A stretch of DNA of 64,000 bases, taken from the NCBI RefSeq assembly GCF_963921235.1, contig NC_086098.1:7378001-7442000 (forward strand), read 5' to 3'. Under the pieces are notes generated by a model. That model ran no database searches and was not told the DNA's origin. It was given only the letters and a program-made list of their open reading frames with translations. Source of the DNA: Mobula hypostoma (taxonomy: Eukaryota). This document shows, in pieces, positions 1-11,975 of the stretch. Made by a program: the position numbers and the translations under genes. The first letter of the stretch is position 1, and every line of letters starts with the position of its first letter.

Positions 1-82
1 TCTTCTAATGACATTACTGGCCAATTCATTTTATTGGGAGTACGCTAAATTTTACGCTACTTATGTTGGTGCCAAGTCTGTT

Positions 83-383
83 GGTCCTGAAAGGAGAATA
101 TAGGGAGCTAGGAAGGGAGTTGAGAAAAAGGACCGCAAAGGTAGTAATCTCGGGATTACTGCCTGTGCCACGCGACAGTGAGAGTAGGAATGCGATGAGG
201 TGGAGGATAAATGCGTGGCTGAGGGATTGGAGCAGGGGGCAGGGATTCAAGTTTTTGGATCATTGGGACCTCTTTTGGCGCAGGCGTGACCTGTACAAAA
301 AGGACGGGTTACACTTGAATCCTAGGGGGACCAATATCCTGGCAGGGAGATTAGCGGGGGCTACTGAGGTGACTTTAAACTAG
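83..383 (+). pseudogene. CR1 ORF1 C-terminal fragment, SGNH/GDSL esterase-like domain
   Basis: VVISGLLP...INAWL..W....GF.FLDHW...LYKKDGLHLN..G matches the DxxH block of the CR1 ORF1 esterase. Confidence 0.85.
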
Positions 384-609
384 AATGGTTGGGGGGTGGG
401 AATCAAATTAAAGAGGCTAGGCGTGAGGAGGTTAGTTCACAACAGGGGAATGGGAACCAGTGCAGAGAGACAGAGGGGTGTAAAGTGAGGGTAGAAGCAA
501 AAAGTAGTAAGGTGAAAAGTAAAAGTGGCAGGCCAACAAATCCAGGGCAAGCATTAAAAAGGGCCACTTTTCAACATAATTGTATAAGGGCTAAGAGAGT
601 TGTAAAAGA

Positions 610-3001
610 GCGCCTGAAGGCTTTGTGTGTCGATGCAAGGAGCATTCGTAATAAGGTGGATGAATTGAAAGTGCAGATTGTTTTTTTTTGAACCAACATG
701 TCGAGGAACCAACGAGAGCAGGCTATTCTGGACTGGGTTTTGAGCAATGAGGAAGGGTTAATTAGCGATCTTGTCGTGAGAGGCCCCTTGCGTAAGAGTG
801 ACCATAATATGGTGGAATTCTTCATTAATATGGAGAGTGAGATAGTTAATTCAGAAACAAAGGTTCTGAACTTAAAGAGGGGTAACTTTGAAGGTATGAG
901 ACGTGAATTAGCTAAGATAGACTGGCAAATGACACTTAAAGGATTGACGGTGGATATGCAATGGCAAGCATTTAAAGGTTGCATGGATGAACTACAACAA
1001 TTGTTCATCCCAGTTTGGCAAAAGAATAAATCAAGGAAGGTAGTGCACCCGTGGCTGACAAGAGAAATTAGGGATAGTATCAATTCCAAAGAAGAAGCAT
1101 ACAAATTAGCCAGAGAAAGTGGCTCACCTGAGGACTGGGAGAAATTCAGAGTTCAGCAGAGGAGGACAAAGGGCTTAATTAGGAAGGGGAAAAAAGATTA
1201 TGAGAGAAAATTGGCAGGGAACATAAAAATGGACTGTAAAAGCTTTTATAGATATGTAAAAAGGAAAAGACTGGTAAAGACAAATGTAGGTCCCTTACAG
1301 TCAGAAACAGGTGAATTGATTATGGGGAGCAAGGACATGGCAGACCAATTGAATAATTACTTTGGTTCTGTCTTCACTAAGGAGGACATAAATAATCTTC
1401 CGGAAATAGTAGGGGACAGAGAGTCCAGTGAGATGGAGGAACTGAGCGAAATACATGTTAGTAGGGAAGTGGTGTTAGGTAAATTGAAGGAATTGAAGGC
1501 AGATAAATCCCCAGGGCCAGATGGTCTGCATCCTAGAGTGCTTAAGGAAGTAGCCCAAGATATAGTGGATGCATTAGTGATAATTTGTTAATAGTGATAA
1601 CTCGTTAGATTCTGGACTAGTTCCTGAGGATTGGAGGGTGGCTAATGTAACCCCACTTTTTAAAAAAGGAGGGAGAGAGAAACCGGGGAATTATAGACCG
1701 GTTAGCCTAATGTCGGTGGTGGGGAAACTGCTGGAGTCAGTTATCAAGGATGTGATAACAGCACATTTGGAAAGCGGTGAAATGATCGGACAAAGTCAGC
1801 ATGGATTTGTGAAAGGAAAATCATGTCTGACGAATCTCATAGAATTTTTTGAGGATGTAACTAGTAGAGTCAATAGGGGAGAACCAGTGGATGTGGTATA
1901 TTTGGATTTTCAAAAGGCTTTTGACAAGGTCCCACACAGAAGATTAGTGTACAAACTTAAAGCACACGGTATTGGGGGTAAGGTATTGGTGTGGGTGGAG
2001 AATTGGTTAGCAGACAGGAAGCAAAGAGTGGGAATAAACGGGACCTTTTCAGAATGGCAGGCGGTGACTAGTGGGGTACCGCAAGGCTCAGTGCTGGGAC
2101 CCCAGTTGTTTACAATATATATTAATGACTTGGATGAGGGAATTAAATGCAGCATCTCCAAGTTTGCGGATGACACGAAGCTGGGTGGCAGTGTTAGCTG
2201 TGAGGAGGATGCTAAGAGGATGCAGGGTGACTTGGATAGGTTGGGTGAGTGGGCAAATTTATGGCAGATGCAACTTAATGTGGATAAATGTGAAGTTATC
2301 CACTTTGGTGGCAAAAATAGGAAAACAGATTATTATCTGAATGGTGGCCGATTAGGAAAAGGGGAGGTGCAACGAGACCTGGGTGTCATTATACACCAGT
2401 CATTGAAAGTGGGCATGCAGGTACAGCAGGCGGTGAAAAAGACGAATGGTATGCTGGCATTTATAGCGAGAGGATTCGAGTACAGGAGCAGGGAGGTACT
2501 ACTGCAGTTGTACAAGGCTTGGTGAGACCACACCTGGAGTATTGTGTGCAGTTTTGGTCCCCTAATCTGAGGAAAGACATCCTTGCCATAGAGGGAGTAC
2601 AAAGAAGGTTCACCAGATTGATTCCTGGGATGGCAGGACTTTCATATGAAGAAAGACTGGATGAACTGGGCTTGTACTCGTTGGAATTTAGAAGATTGAG
2701 GGGGGATCTGATTGAAACGTATAAAATCCTAAAGGGATTGGACAGGCTAGATGCAGGAAGATTGTTCCCGATGTTGGGGAAGTCCAGAACGAGGGGCCAC
2801 AGTTTGAGGATAAAGGGGAAGCCTTTTAGGACCGAGATTAGGAAAAACTTCTTCACACAGAGAGTGGTGAATCTGTGGAGTTCTCTGCCACAGGAAACAG
2901 TTGAGGCCAGTTCATTGGCTATATTTATGAGGGAGTTAGATATGGCCCTTGTGGCTACGGGGGTCATGGGGTATGGAGGGAAGGCTGGGGCGGGGTTCTG
3001 A
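610..3001 (+). pseudogene. CR1 ORF2 (APE endonuclease remnant + reverse transcriptase), broken
   Basis: The start of the endonuclease (LKALCVDARSIRNKVDEL) is fused at about 680-690 to its end (ILDWVLSN...SDHN). The ORF is split near 1590 and near 2519. Confidence 0.9.
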
Positions 3002-3384
3002 GTTGGATGATCAGCCATGATCATAATAAATGGCGGTGCAGGCTCGAAGGGCCGAATGGCCTACTCCTGCACCTATTTTCTATGTTTCTATGTTTCTATG
3101 TTGCTGCAGGCATAATGCAAAACAATCGTTTTTTTTTAAGTTTTCAAAGCATGTGATTCCATACATATAATGTTGACTTTATGAACATCCCACTATTTTA
3201 CATTAAAACAAAACCGGAGAATAAAAAAAAGACAAGCATCCAAAAGCTGGGGAGATTTTGTTTCCTACTTAAGTACATTAGATTACCCTCAGTGGCCACT
3301 TTGTTAGGTACACTTGTACACCTGCTCATTAATGAAAATATTTAATCAGCCGAGCATGTAGCACGTATAAAAGCATGCTGACAT

Positions 3385-3590
3385 GGTCCAACACACACAC
3401 AAAATGCATGGAACATCTATGGAAATGAATTTCTGGTATTTCAGGCCAAGACTCTTCATCAGGACTGAAAAGGAAGGGAGAGGGAGTCAGACTAAGATGG
3501 TGAATGGAGGGGAGGAAGAAGTTGAGGGTGGCAGGTGATAGGTGAAACTGGGAGGGGACAGCAGCTGAAGTAAAGAGCTGGGAAGTTGCA
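3385..3590 (-). mobile_element. Penelope-like terminal-repeat fragment with degenerate hammerhead
   Basis: The reverse strand reads CAGTCCTGATGAAGAGTCTTGGCCTGAAAT. It belongs to the same family as 40282-40997. Confidence 0.6.
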
Positions 3591-3828
3591 GTCAGTTGAA
3601 TGTGGGTACCTGGTGTCCTCGGTGGGTCTAAACCGAGAATCCTGAAAATGGATCTGGAAGTCATGTGGCACAATCGAGCAAAGAAGACAAGTTTCCCGAA
3701 AGAATATATGGCTCTGTTACCTGGAAGTGACTTTGATCATAAAATGATTGTTGGTGCCAGATAGGGTAGTTTGAGCATCCCAGGAGCTGCTGATCTCCTG
3801 ACATTTTCACACACAACAGTCTACAGAG

Positions 3829-3890
3829 CAGGGGTTCCCAAACCTCTTTATGCCATGGACTCCTAACAGTAAACAAGGTAGGAACCTCTG
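3829..3890. mobile_element. 62-bp hAT (Charlie/MER5-like) MITE
   Basis: TIR CAGGGGTTCC../..GGAACCTCTG. The 8-bp TSD reads CTACAGAG / CTCTAGAA and interrupts the Tc1 sequence. Confidence 0.7.
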
Positions 3891-4189
3891 CTCTAGAACT
3901 TACAGAGAATGGTGAGGAAAAAAAACATTCAGGGAAAGGCAGTTCTGTGGATGAAAATGTCTTGTTAATAAGAGAGGTCAGAGGAGAATGCCCAGAGTGG
4001 TTTAAGCTGACAGGAAGGCAACAGTAACTCAAATAACCGCGCGTTACAATGATGGTGTGCAGAAGAGCATCTCTGAATGCACAGCACGTTGAACTTTGAA
4101 ATGAATGGTCTATAGTAGCAGAAGACCTCAAACATACACTCAAGGGCCACTTTGTTAGGTACTGACGGTGGCTAATAAAGTAGCCACTG

Positions 4190-4225
4190 AGTCCTGACGA
4201 AGGGTCTCGGCCCGAAACGTTGACT
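4190..4225 (+). ncRNA. Minimal type-I hammerhead ribozyme motif (PLE-associated)
   Basis: AGTC-CTGACGA-A-GGG(TCTCGG)CCC-GAAA-C-GTT-GACT, followed by PLE repeat sequence to about 4282. Confidence 0.7.
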
Positions 4226-4936
4226 GTACCTCCTCCTAGAGATGCTGCCTGGCCTGCTGCGTTCACCAGCAACTTTTATGTATGGGGCCACTGTATATAC
4301 AGATTAGAAATATATGCTGTTAATTTTTTTGTGTTCTTCATGGAAATAATCTGCTCTTTCTGTCTGCTTCTTCCTCTTTATAATTGCACTCTAACCAATA
4401 TCTTGCACTTTATATCTTGTTAATATTGTAGCCTGGATGATCTAAAAATGCTGCCTCTTACGCATATGGACAAAGCAGCAGGAAAAGAATTATTTGATTT
4501 ACATTGGCTGCTGCTGTCAAAGTGTTCATTGTGTTCCTAAATCCACCAGTGTGCTGGCACGTGTAGAGTTTTGCTTGCAATCTCGTGTCCCATGTTCCAG
4601 TTCCTCTCTGGCATTATTTCTGAACAAAAATAGTGAAATCGAGAAATATTCCCAGTGGTAAAAAGGGAAATGTTAACTCTGGTCAACAATTCTCCTGGTT
4701 AAGGCCCCAAAATGTGCATAAAGCATTTTTTTTGATATGATACCATCTCTTCTATTTTGTGTAACCTTGCTATTATATTTGGGATCTATTTACACCAAGA
4801 AAACATGATCTTCAGTATGTGAATTTGCAGGTCTGATCACCAACCACAGACTCAGCAAGGTTACAGTGACGAGAGAACAACATTTTTAAGTTCCATGTCT
4901 TAACATATATATTCACTGGCTGCTTTATTATGCACC

Positions 4937-5095
4937 TCTCATGCACATCAAGGTTGGATAGATTTTTGCATAGTAGAGGAAGTAAAGGTTATGGGGAAAA
5001 GGCAGGTATGGCCAGATCAGCCACGATTTTATTGAATGGTGGAGCAGGCTTGATGGGCCAGATGACCTATTCCTGCTCCGATTTCTTATGTTTTT
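4937..5095 (+). mobile_element. Old CR1 3' fragment
   Basis: LDRFL..GYGEKAG plus the CR1 3' UTR motif. Confidence 0.6.
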
Positions 5096-5479
5096 ACATT
5101 TTCTTGACATAATAAAATGGCCACTGACGGTGTGTTCGTCGTCTTCTGCTGCTGTAGCTCAACCACTTCAAGGTTTGACATGTTGTGTGTTCAGAGATAT
5201 TTTTCTGTACATCACTGTTGTAACCCAAGGTTACCCGAGTTACTGTTGCCTTCCCGTCACCTTGAACTAGTCTGGCCATTCTCCTCTGACCTCTCTCATT
5301 AACAAGGTGTTTTTGCTCACAGAATTGCTGCTCACTGGATTTTTTGTTTGTTTTCACACCATTCTCTGTAAACTCTAGAGACTGTTGTGTGTAAAAATCC
5401 CAGGAGATCAGAGTTTCTGAAATACTCAAACCACCCAGTCTGACACCACCTGTCATTCCATGGTCAAAATCACTTAGAT

Positions 5480-6110
5480 TAGAAACATAGAAAATAGGTG
5501 CAGGAGTAGGCCGTTTGGCCCTTCGAGCCTGCACCGCCATTCAGTATGATCATGGCTGATCATCCACCTCAGAACCCTGCCCCAGTCTTCCCTCCATACC
5601 CCCTGATCCCCGTAGCCACAAGGGCCATATCTAACTCCCTCTTAAGTATAGCCAATGAACTGGCCTCAACTGTTTCCTGTGGCAGAGAATTCCACAGATT
5701 CACCACTCTCTGTGTGAAGAAGTTTTTCCTAATCTCGGTCCTAAAAGGCTTCAAACTGTGACCCCTCGTTCTGGACTTCCCCAACATCGGGAACAATCTT
5801 CCTGCATCTAGCCTGTCTAATCCCTTCAGGATTTTATATGTTTCAATAAGATCGCCCATCAATCTTCTAAATTCCAACGAGTATAAGCCTAGTCGATCCA
5901 GTCTTTCATCATATGAAAGTCCTGTCATCCCAGGAATCAATCTGGTGAACCTTCTTTGTACTCCCTCTATGGCAAGGATGTCTTTCCTCAGATTGGGGGA
6001 CCAAAACTGCACACAATACTCCAGGTGTGGTCTCACCAAGCCTTGTACAACTGCAGTAGTACCTCCCTGCTCCTGTACTCGAATCCTCTTGCTATGAATG
6101 CCAGCATACC
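5480..6110 (-). mobile_element. CR1-A 3' fragment
   Basis: Near-identical reverse complement of about 2445-3090. The minus ORF reads RPHLEYCVQFWSP..NFFTQRVVNLWN. Confidence 0.95.
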
Positions 6111-6581
6111 ATTACATTTCTTCCCCATTCTGATAATTGGTCTGAACAACAAATAAACCTCTTGACCATGTCTGCATGCTTTTATGCATTGAGTTGCTGA
6201 TTAAATATTTGCAGTAACAAGCAAATGTACCTAATAAAGTGACCACATACTGTATGTCTTGACAGATTAAAATTACTTCAAGTTGTTACTGAAATTAAAT
6301 AAGTCATTCCTTTGGTTAATTTTAAATTACTTTCCACTGCAGTAAGATCACAAAGATGGGAAAAGTGTAAATCAAAGTTTTCAGAGTAATCCCCTGCCCC
6401 TTCTCTCTTTTTCCATCCTCCATTCTGGTTCCCTTCCTTCCCCTTCTCATTCCTTATTCCATCCCCTACTCTGGATCCCTTCTCACCTTACCTCTCCTCT
6501 TCTCCTCTCCTTAGGAGCCTATCACCTCCCCCTAGTGCCCTCTGCTTCCCCTTTCTCCCATGAGCCACTCTTCTTTCCTTT

Positions 6582-7150
6582 CAGTTCATTGGGTAATAAA
6601 ATGGACGAGTTGACGGCGCTAGCCAGGAGGCAGAGAACATTTCAGGAGAGCAGTGTGATGTGTTTTACGGAAACATGGCTGCACGAGGACATACCCAACC
6701 AAAACTTTTTCATGGAGGGCTTCCAGACCATTCGGGCTAACCAGAAGTGCACTGAGAGCGGTAAGCGTGAAGGAGTTGGGGGCTTGCTGTTCTGGTTAAC
6801 AACAGATGGTGCAATCCTGGTCATATTACGATCGAGGAACGTGTTTGTAGCCTGGATATTAAACTTTTTGCTGTTAGACTCCGGCCATATTCCACCGAGA
6901 TACAACACTGGGCGTCACGGGAGGTTGTTCCTGCCTGTGGCCATTGAACTTTGCAGCTCCTCCCGTGGAGGGTCAGACACCCTGAGCCAATAGGCTGGTC
7001 ATGGACTTACTTCCGTCTGGCATAGTTTGCATATTGTTGTTTGATTGTTTGTGGTTTTTGTATTGCTATATTTATGCTCTATTCCTGGTTGGTGCAGCTG
7101 TAACGAAACCCAATTTCCCACGGGATCAATAAAGTATTTCTATCTATCTA
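6582..7150 (+). mobile_element. Rex1/Babar-like LINE, internally deleted
   Basis: The APE N-terminus (NKMDEL..VMCFTETWL) is joined to the ORF C-terminus and a 3' end GGGATCAATAAAG..(CTAT)n. Confidence 0.65.
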
Positions 7151-7293
7151 CTTTTCCACCTATCACCTCCCAGATTTTTATGCTTCACACCCACCCCCCC
7201 TCCCAGTCACTTGCCTTTCCCCTCACCTGGTTTCACCTTTCACCTTTAAGTTTGTACGCCTTACCTGCGCCCATTTCCTTATTCTGGCTTTGA

Positions 7294-8140
7294 CCAGATG
7301 GTAGATCGGGTCATGGTAGATGATTCAAACATGTCTTAAAAGTCAACATGAAGAAATGTAACATCAACATCAACAATTGGGAAACCAATGCCAAGGACAG
7401 GAAACTCTGGCAAGCCATCATCTAAGAAACAGCAACTTTTGAAGCCAATAGATGTGCAGAATTAGAAGAAAAGAGAAGAAAATGGAAAAAAGAGGCAGCA
7501 ACAACCAAAGCCCGATTTACATCTAAATGTAAAGAAGAAACCTGGACAACTTACTGAAGGCACTTGAAGAGTTGCATCAATGCTGTCTTTGAAACATCTT
7601 AAGTATCAGCTGGGAAGATAGAAGAACCAACGTCAGTGTGCTAAATGAAGCAAAAACAACAAGCATTGAAGCCTACGTCATCAAGAACCAACTAAGATGG
7701 AGTGGTCATGTTGTTTGGATTAAAGATGAATGCCTGCTGAAACAAATCTTCTATTCCCAGCTTAAAGAAGGCAAATGTAAAGGAGGCGGACAACAGAAGA
7801 GATTCAAACATGTCTTAAAAGTCAACATGAAGAAATGTAACATCGACATCAACAATTGGGAAACCAATGCCAAGGACAGGAAACTCTGGCAAGCCATCAT
7901 CTAAGAAACAGCAACTTTTGAAGCCAATAGATGTGCAGAATTAGAAGAAAAGAGAAGAAAATGGAAAAAAGAGGCAGCAACAACCAAAGCCCGATCTACC
8001 ATCTGGAACTACCTGTCCTGAATGTGGAAGAACTTTCAAAGCCAAGATTGGACTCATAAGCCACTTGAGAGCCCATAAGTAGATCAACAGAACGAAGACC
8101 ATCATCCTCGACCTCGAGGGATAGCCACGATGACGATGAC
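7294..8140 (+). mobile_element. RTE-clade LINE 3' fragment with rearranged 5' junction
   Basis: QLRWSGHV..LKQIFYSQL..G.Q.KRFK..LK, a C2H2 motif CPECGRTFKAKIGLISHLRAH, and a (GATGAC)n tail. Confidence 0.8.
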
Positions 8141-8289
8141 CTTGGGTTAAGTTGTTACCAAAGTTCACTGTGATATAGTAGGAGCTGGTGCCAGTGACCA
8201 CCATGACAGAGAGTCTACCATTCTTCTGTTCTTGAGTCCAGTCTGACAAGTGTGCACTGTAACAGGACTTGTCTAGTTGAAGGATGCAC

Positions 8290-8622
8290 ATGAAGAGGAT
8301 GTTTCCTATAGTGGGGGAGTCTAGGACCAGAGGGCACAGCCTCAGTATAGAGGGATGTCCCTTAAAACAGAGATGCAGAGGAATTTCTTTAACCAGAGGG
8401 TGGTGAATTTGTGGAATTTGTTGCCACAGATGGCTGTGGAAGGCAAGTTATTAGGTATATCTAAAATGGAGGTTGATCAGTTCTTGATTAGTCAGGGCAT
8501 CACTAATTCAGGGAGTAGGCAGGTGAATGGAGTTGAGAGGGATAATAAATCAGCCATGATGGAAAGGCAGAGCAGACTCAATGGGCTAAATGGCCTAATT
8601 CTGCTCCTAGGTCTTATGGTCT
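8290..8622 (+). mobile_element. Old CR1 3' fragment
   Basis: RNFFNQRVVNLWNLLP plus the CR1 3' UTR. Confidence 0.7.
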
Positions 8623-8899
8623 TGTTTTATAGCAGCATTGACTCGTTATATTGCTTCATAGATGCTGTCTGACCTGCTGAGTTCCTCCAGTACTGTGTGT
8701 GTTGCTCTGGATTTCCAAAATCTCTTGTGTCAAAGATTCCAGACAGCCTTAAATCAGCATCCACTCAATGCATCAAGCAAGTGGCAGCTATAATGACACT
8801 ACATGTCCTCTTTCCTTGCAGAGCATAAACTCAAATGTGACAATCTAGATTTTGATAATTTAGGGCATATAAGGAAAAAAGCCTAGAATCATATTCTGC

Positions 8900-10277
8900 A
8901 TAGAGGTCAGTGAACAGTGGTGTGCCTCAGGGATTTGTTCTGGGACCCCTTTATGATTTTTATAAATGACCTGGATGAAGAAGTGGAGGGATGGGTTAGT
9001 AAATTTGCTGATGACACAAGGGTTGGGGGTGTTGTGGATAGTGTGGAGGGTTGTCAGAGGTTACAGTGAGACATTGATAGGATGAAAAACTGAGCTGAGT
9101 AGTGGCAAATGGTACTCAACCCAGATAAGTGTGAGGTGCTTCATTTTGGTAGGTCAAATATGGCAGAATATAGTATTAATGGTAAGACTCTTGGCAGTGT
9201 GAAAGATCAGAGGGATCTTGGGGTCAGAGTCCATAGAAGATTGGGGAGGGATCTTATTGAAATGTATAAAATCCTAAAGGGATTGAACAGGCTAGATGCA
9301 GGAAGATTGTTCCCAATGTTGGGGAAGTCCAGAACGAGGGGTCACAGTTTAAAGATAAAGGAGAAGCCTTTTAGGACTGAGATGAGGAAAAACATCTTCA
9401 CACACACAGCGGTGAATCTGTGGAATTCTCTGCCACAGGAAACAGTTGAGGCCAGTTCATTGGCTATATTTAAGAGGGAGTTAGATATGGCCCTTGTGGC
9501 TAACTGGATCAGGGGGTATGGAGAGAAGGCAGGTATGGTGTTCCGAGTTGGGATGATCAGTCATGATCGTACTGAATGGTGCTGCAGGCTCGAAGGGCCG
9601 AATGATCTACTCTTGCACCTATTTTCTATGTTTCTATCAGACACTCAAAGCTGCTGCACAGGTTAGCTCTGTGGTTAAGAAGGCATATGGTGCATTGGCC
9701 TTCAATCATGGGATTGAGCTTAGGAGCTGAGAGGTAATGTTGCAGCTATATAGGACCCCACTTGGAGTACTGTGCTCAGTTCTGGTCGCGTCACTACAGG
9801 AAGGATGTGGAAACCATAGAAAGGGCCAAGAGGAGATTTACAAGGATGTTGCCTGGATTGGGGAGCATGCCTTACGAGAATAGATTGAGTGAATTTGGCC
9901 TTTTCTCCTTGCAGCAATGGAGGATGAGAGGTGACCTGGTAGAGGTATATAAGATGATGAGAGGCATTGATTGTGTGGATAATCAGAGGCTTTTTCCCAG
10001 GGTTAAAATGGCTAGCACGCAAGGGCACAGTTTTAAGGTGCTTGGAAGTAGGTACAGAGGAGATGTCGGGTAAGTTTTTTTTTACACAGAGAGTGGTGAA
10101 TGCGTGGAATGGGCTACCAGCGATGCTGGTAGAGGTGGATAGGATAGGGTCTTTTAAGAGACTCCTGGACAGGTACATGGAGCTCAGAAAAATAGAGGGT
10201 TATGGGTAACCCTAGGTAATTTCTCAGGTAAGGACATGTTCGGCACAGCCTTGTGGGCTGAAGGGCCTGTATTGTGC
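8900..10277 (+). mobile_element. CR1 subfamily 'B' RT-to-3' fragment
   Basis: SGVPQG, FADD, NPDKCEVLHFG, EYCAQFWS and FFTQRVV motifs with stops. The tail reads TTTTCTATGTTTCT. Confidence 0.85.
9234..9637 (+). mobile_element. CR1-A 3' fragment nested in CR1-B
   Basis: Matches 2690-3090. The host resumes (ACACTCAAAG) after the TATGTTTCTAT tail. Confidence 0.85.
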
Positions 10278-10969
10278 TGAAGGTTTTCTATGTTTCTAAT
10301 TGAGCTTATAATGACTCCTCTGCCATTTGACTGTAAAATAATTTTGATGTACACAGTACTATTCACCAGGTTGGAGTACTATATCAGAATTCACTCAGCC
10401 CTGAGGTTGGATAAAACTCGGCCTCCAGGTTCTAGGTTTAGTGTGCAAGGTGAAGCATTTAAAGGGAACCCAAGGGGGAGCTTCTTCAATCAGAGGGTCA
10501 CAAACATGCTGGAGGAATTGCTTTGACCCCAGCATCTGCAGATTATTTTGTGATCAGTCAGAGGGTGCTGGGACTGTAGAACGAGCTGCTTGCAGAAGTG
10601 GTGGGTACAAGTTTAATTGTAACTTTTAGGAGTAGTTTGGATAAGTACATGGATGAGAAGGCTTTGGAGGGCTACGGTCTGGATGCAGGTCAATGGGACG
10701 AGGTAGATGATCCCATCAGCATTAGCTAGGTGGGCCAAATAGCCTGTTTCTGTGTTGTTCTCTGACTGTTCTGACCGCTAAAGGCCGAGTTCGTTTTCTA
10801 TGCAGTTCATTTTGTAAAACATTTCTTCCTGTGTATAAGCTTTTTTAATACCGTATTGTTGGGATAATTGGATCTCATTTTGAAGCACATGGAGGAAGAC
10901 AATTATCTCTGTTGTCTCTATATTTGACCTTGAAACAGCATGAGAAATGTCTCACCAACATGAGCAGAG

Positions 10970-11975
10970 TCGTAGTAGAGTCAGAGAAGAGTCGAGCACA
11001 GAGGCAGGCCTTTTGGTCCATCTAGTCCATGGTGAACCATTGAAACTGCCAACTCTAATTGACCTGCACCGGGTTTATAGTCCTCCATACTCCTACCACC
11101 TATGTACCTAAACAAACTTCTCTAAAACATTGAAATTGAGCTCACATGCAACAATTGTGCTGGCAGCTAATTTCACACCTCACTCTGAGTGAAGAAGTTT
11201 CCCCTCATGTTCCCCTTGAACTTTCCACCTTTCACCCTTAGCCCATGACCTCTAATTGTAGTCCCACCCAACCTCAATGCAAAAAAGTCTGTTTGTACTT
11301 ACCCTGTCTATATCCCCCATAATTTTGTATATCTTTATCACAGTGGTCCCCAAATACCGGGCCCTGGACCGGTACCAGGCCACAAAGCACGTGCTACTAG
11401 GCTGCCAGGAAATGATATGATTTGGTGATATGAAACGATATGAGTCAGCTGCACCTTTCCTCATTCCCTGTCACGCACTGTTGAACTTGAAATAACCTAC
11501 CAAATCATACCAAGTAACACATAAAACCTAAAATAACACTAACATATAGTAAAAGCAGGAATGATATGATAAATACAGAGCCTATATAAAGTAGAAATAA
11601 TGTATGTACAGTGTAGTCTCACTTAACAGAATTGGGAAGATTAAGCCAAACCTGATTTGTAGAAATAAAAGTGATACGTACACGCATGCGCAAGTCATGT
11701 ATGTCCATGTCATGCTTGCGCACACAGGTGCCCGTGCAAGGCATCATGGTAGTCTTTCTTGGGGGTAAATACAAGTGCCCCGGATTTGACTGCTACTTTT
11801 GTCCCTTATTTGGGAGTGAGAAAGTTGGCAACCCCACTTGAACACATCCACCTCCCCCCCCCCCCGGTCGGCCAGTCCGAAAGAATATTGTCAATATTAA
11901 ACCGGTCGGCGGTGGGAAAAAAAAAGGTTGGGGACCCCTGCTCTATCAAATCTCCTGCACATTTGCAGATTCTCT
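10970..11975 (-). mobile_element. Old CR1 3' fragment interrupted by a hAT MITE
   Basis: Reverse-strand IKIYKIM.DIDRV and GAAACTTCTTCACTCAGAG. Confidence 0.65.
11341..11940. mobile_element. 600-bp non-autonomous hAT (Charlie-like) element
   Basis: TIRs CAGTGGTCCCCAA / TTGGGGACCCCTG. The 8-bp TSD is CTTTATCA (11333-11340) / CTCTATCA (11941-11948). Confidence 0.85.

Larger units (their letters stand above)
83..3102 (+). mobile_element. CR1-clade LINE (young subfamily 'A'), 5'-truncated in ORF1, internally deleted and frameshifted
   Basis: ORF1 C-terminus, then ORF2 pieces with RT motifs ([34 protein letters not shown]). The CR1 3' end GAAGGGCCGAATGGCCTACTCCTGCACC is followed by a (TATGTTTC)n tail. 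Confidence 0.95.
3286..4192 (+). mobile_element. Non-autonomous Tc1/mariner derivative retaining the N-terminal HTH region, with nested inserts
   Basis: TA-flanked TIR CAGTGGCCACTTT.TTAGGTAC at about 3290 and an inverted copy at about 4172-4191. The internal sequence encodes a decayed Tc1 HTH (..RGQRRMPRVV*ADRKATVTQITARYNDGVQKSISE..). Confidence 0.8.
4912..6254 (-). mobile_element. Tc1 HTH-only derivative interrupted by two CR1 fragments
   Basis: TIR remnants at about 4912-4930, 5108-5127 and 6226-6250. The minus ORF reads ..LSDFDHGM..GLSISET..RGQRRMARLVQGDGKATVT..SSRR. Confidence 0.75.

Noticed and set aside
571..3024. Antisense ORFs over CR1 (also 53955-54671, 59994-60566, 26537-27172)
   Set aside because: They are shadows of retroelement ORFs on the opposite strand with no independent evidence.
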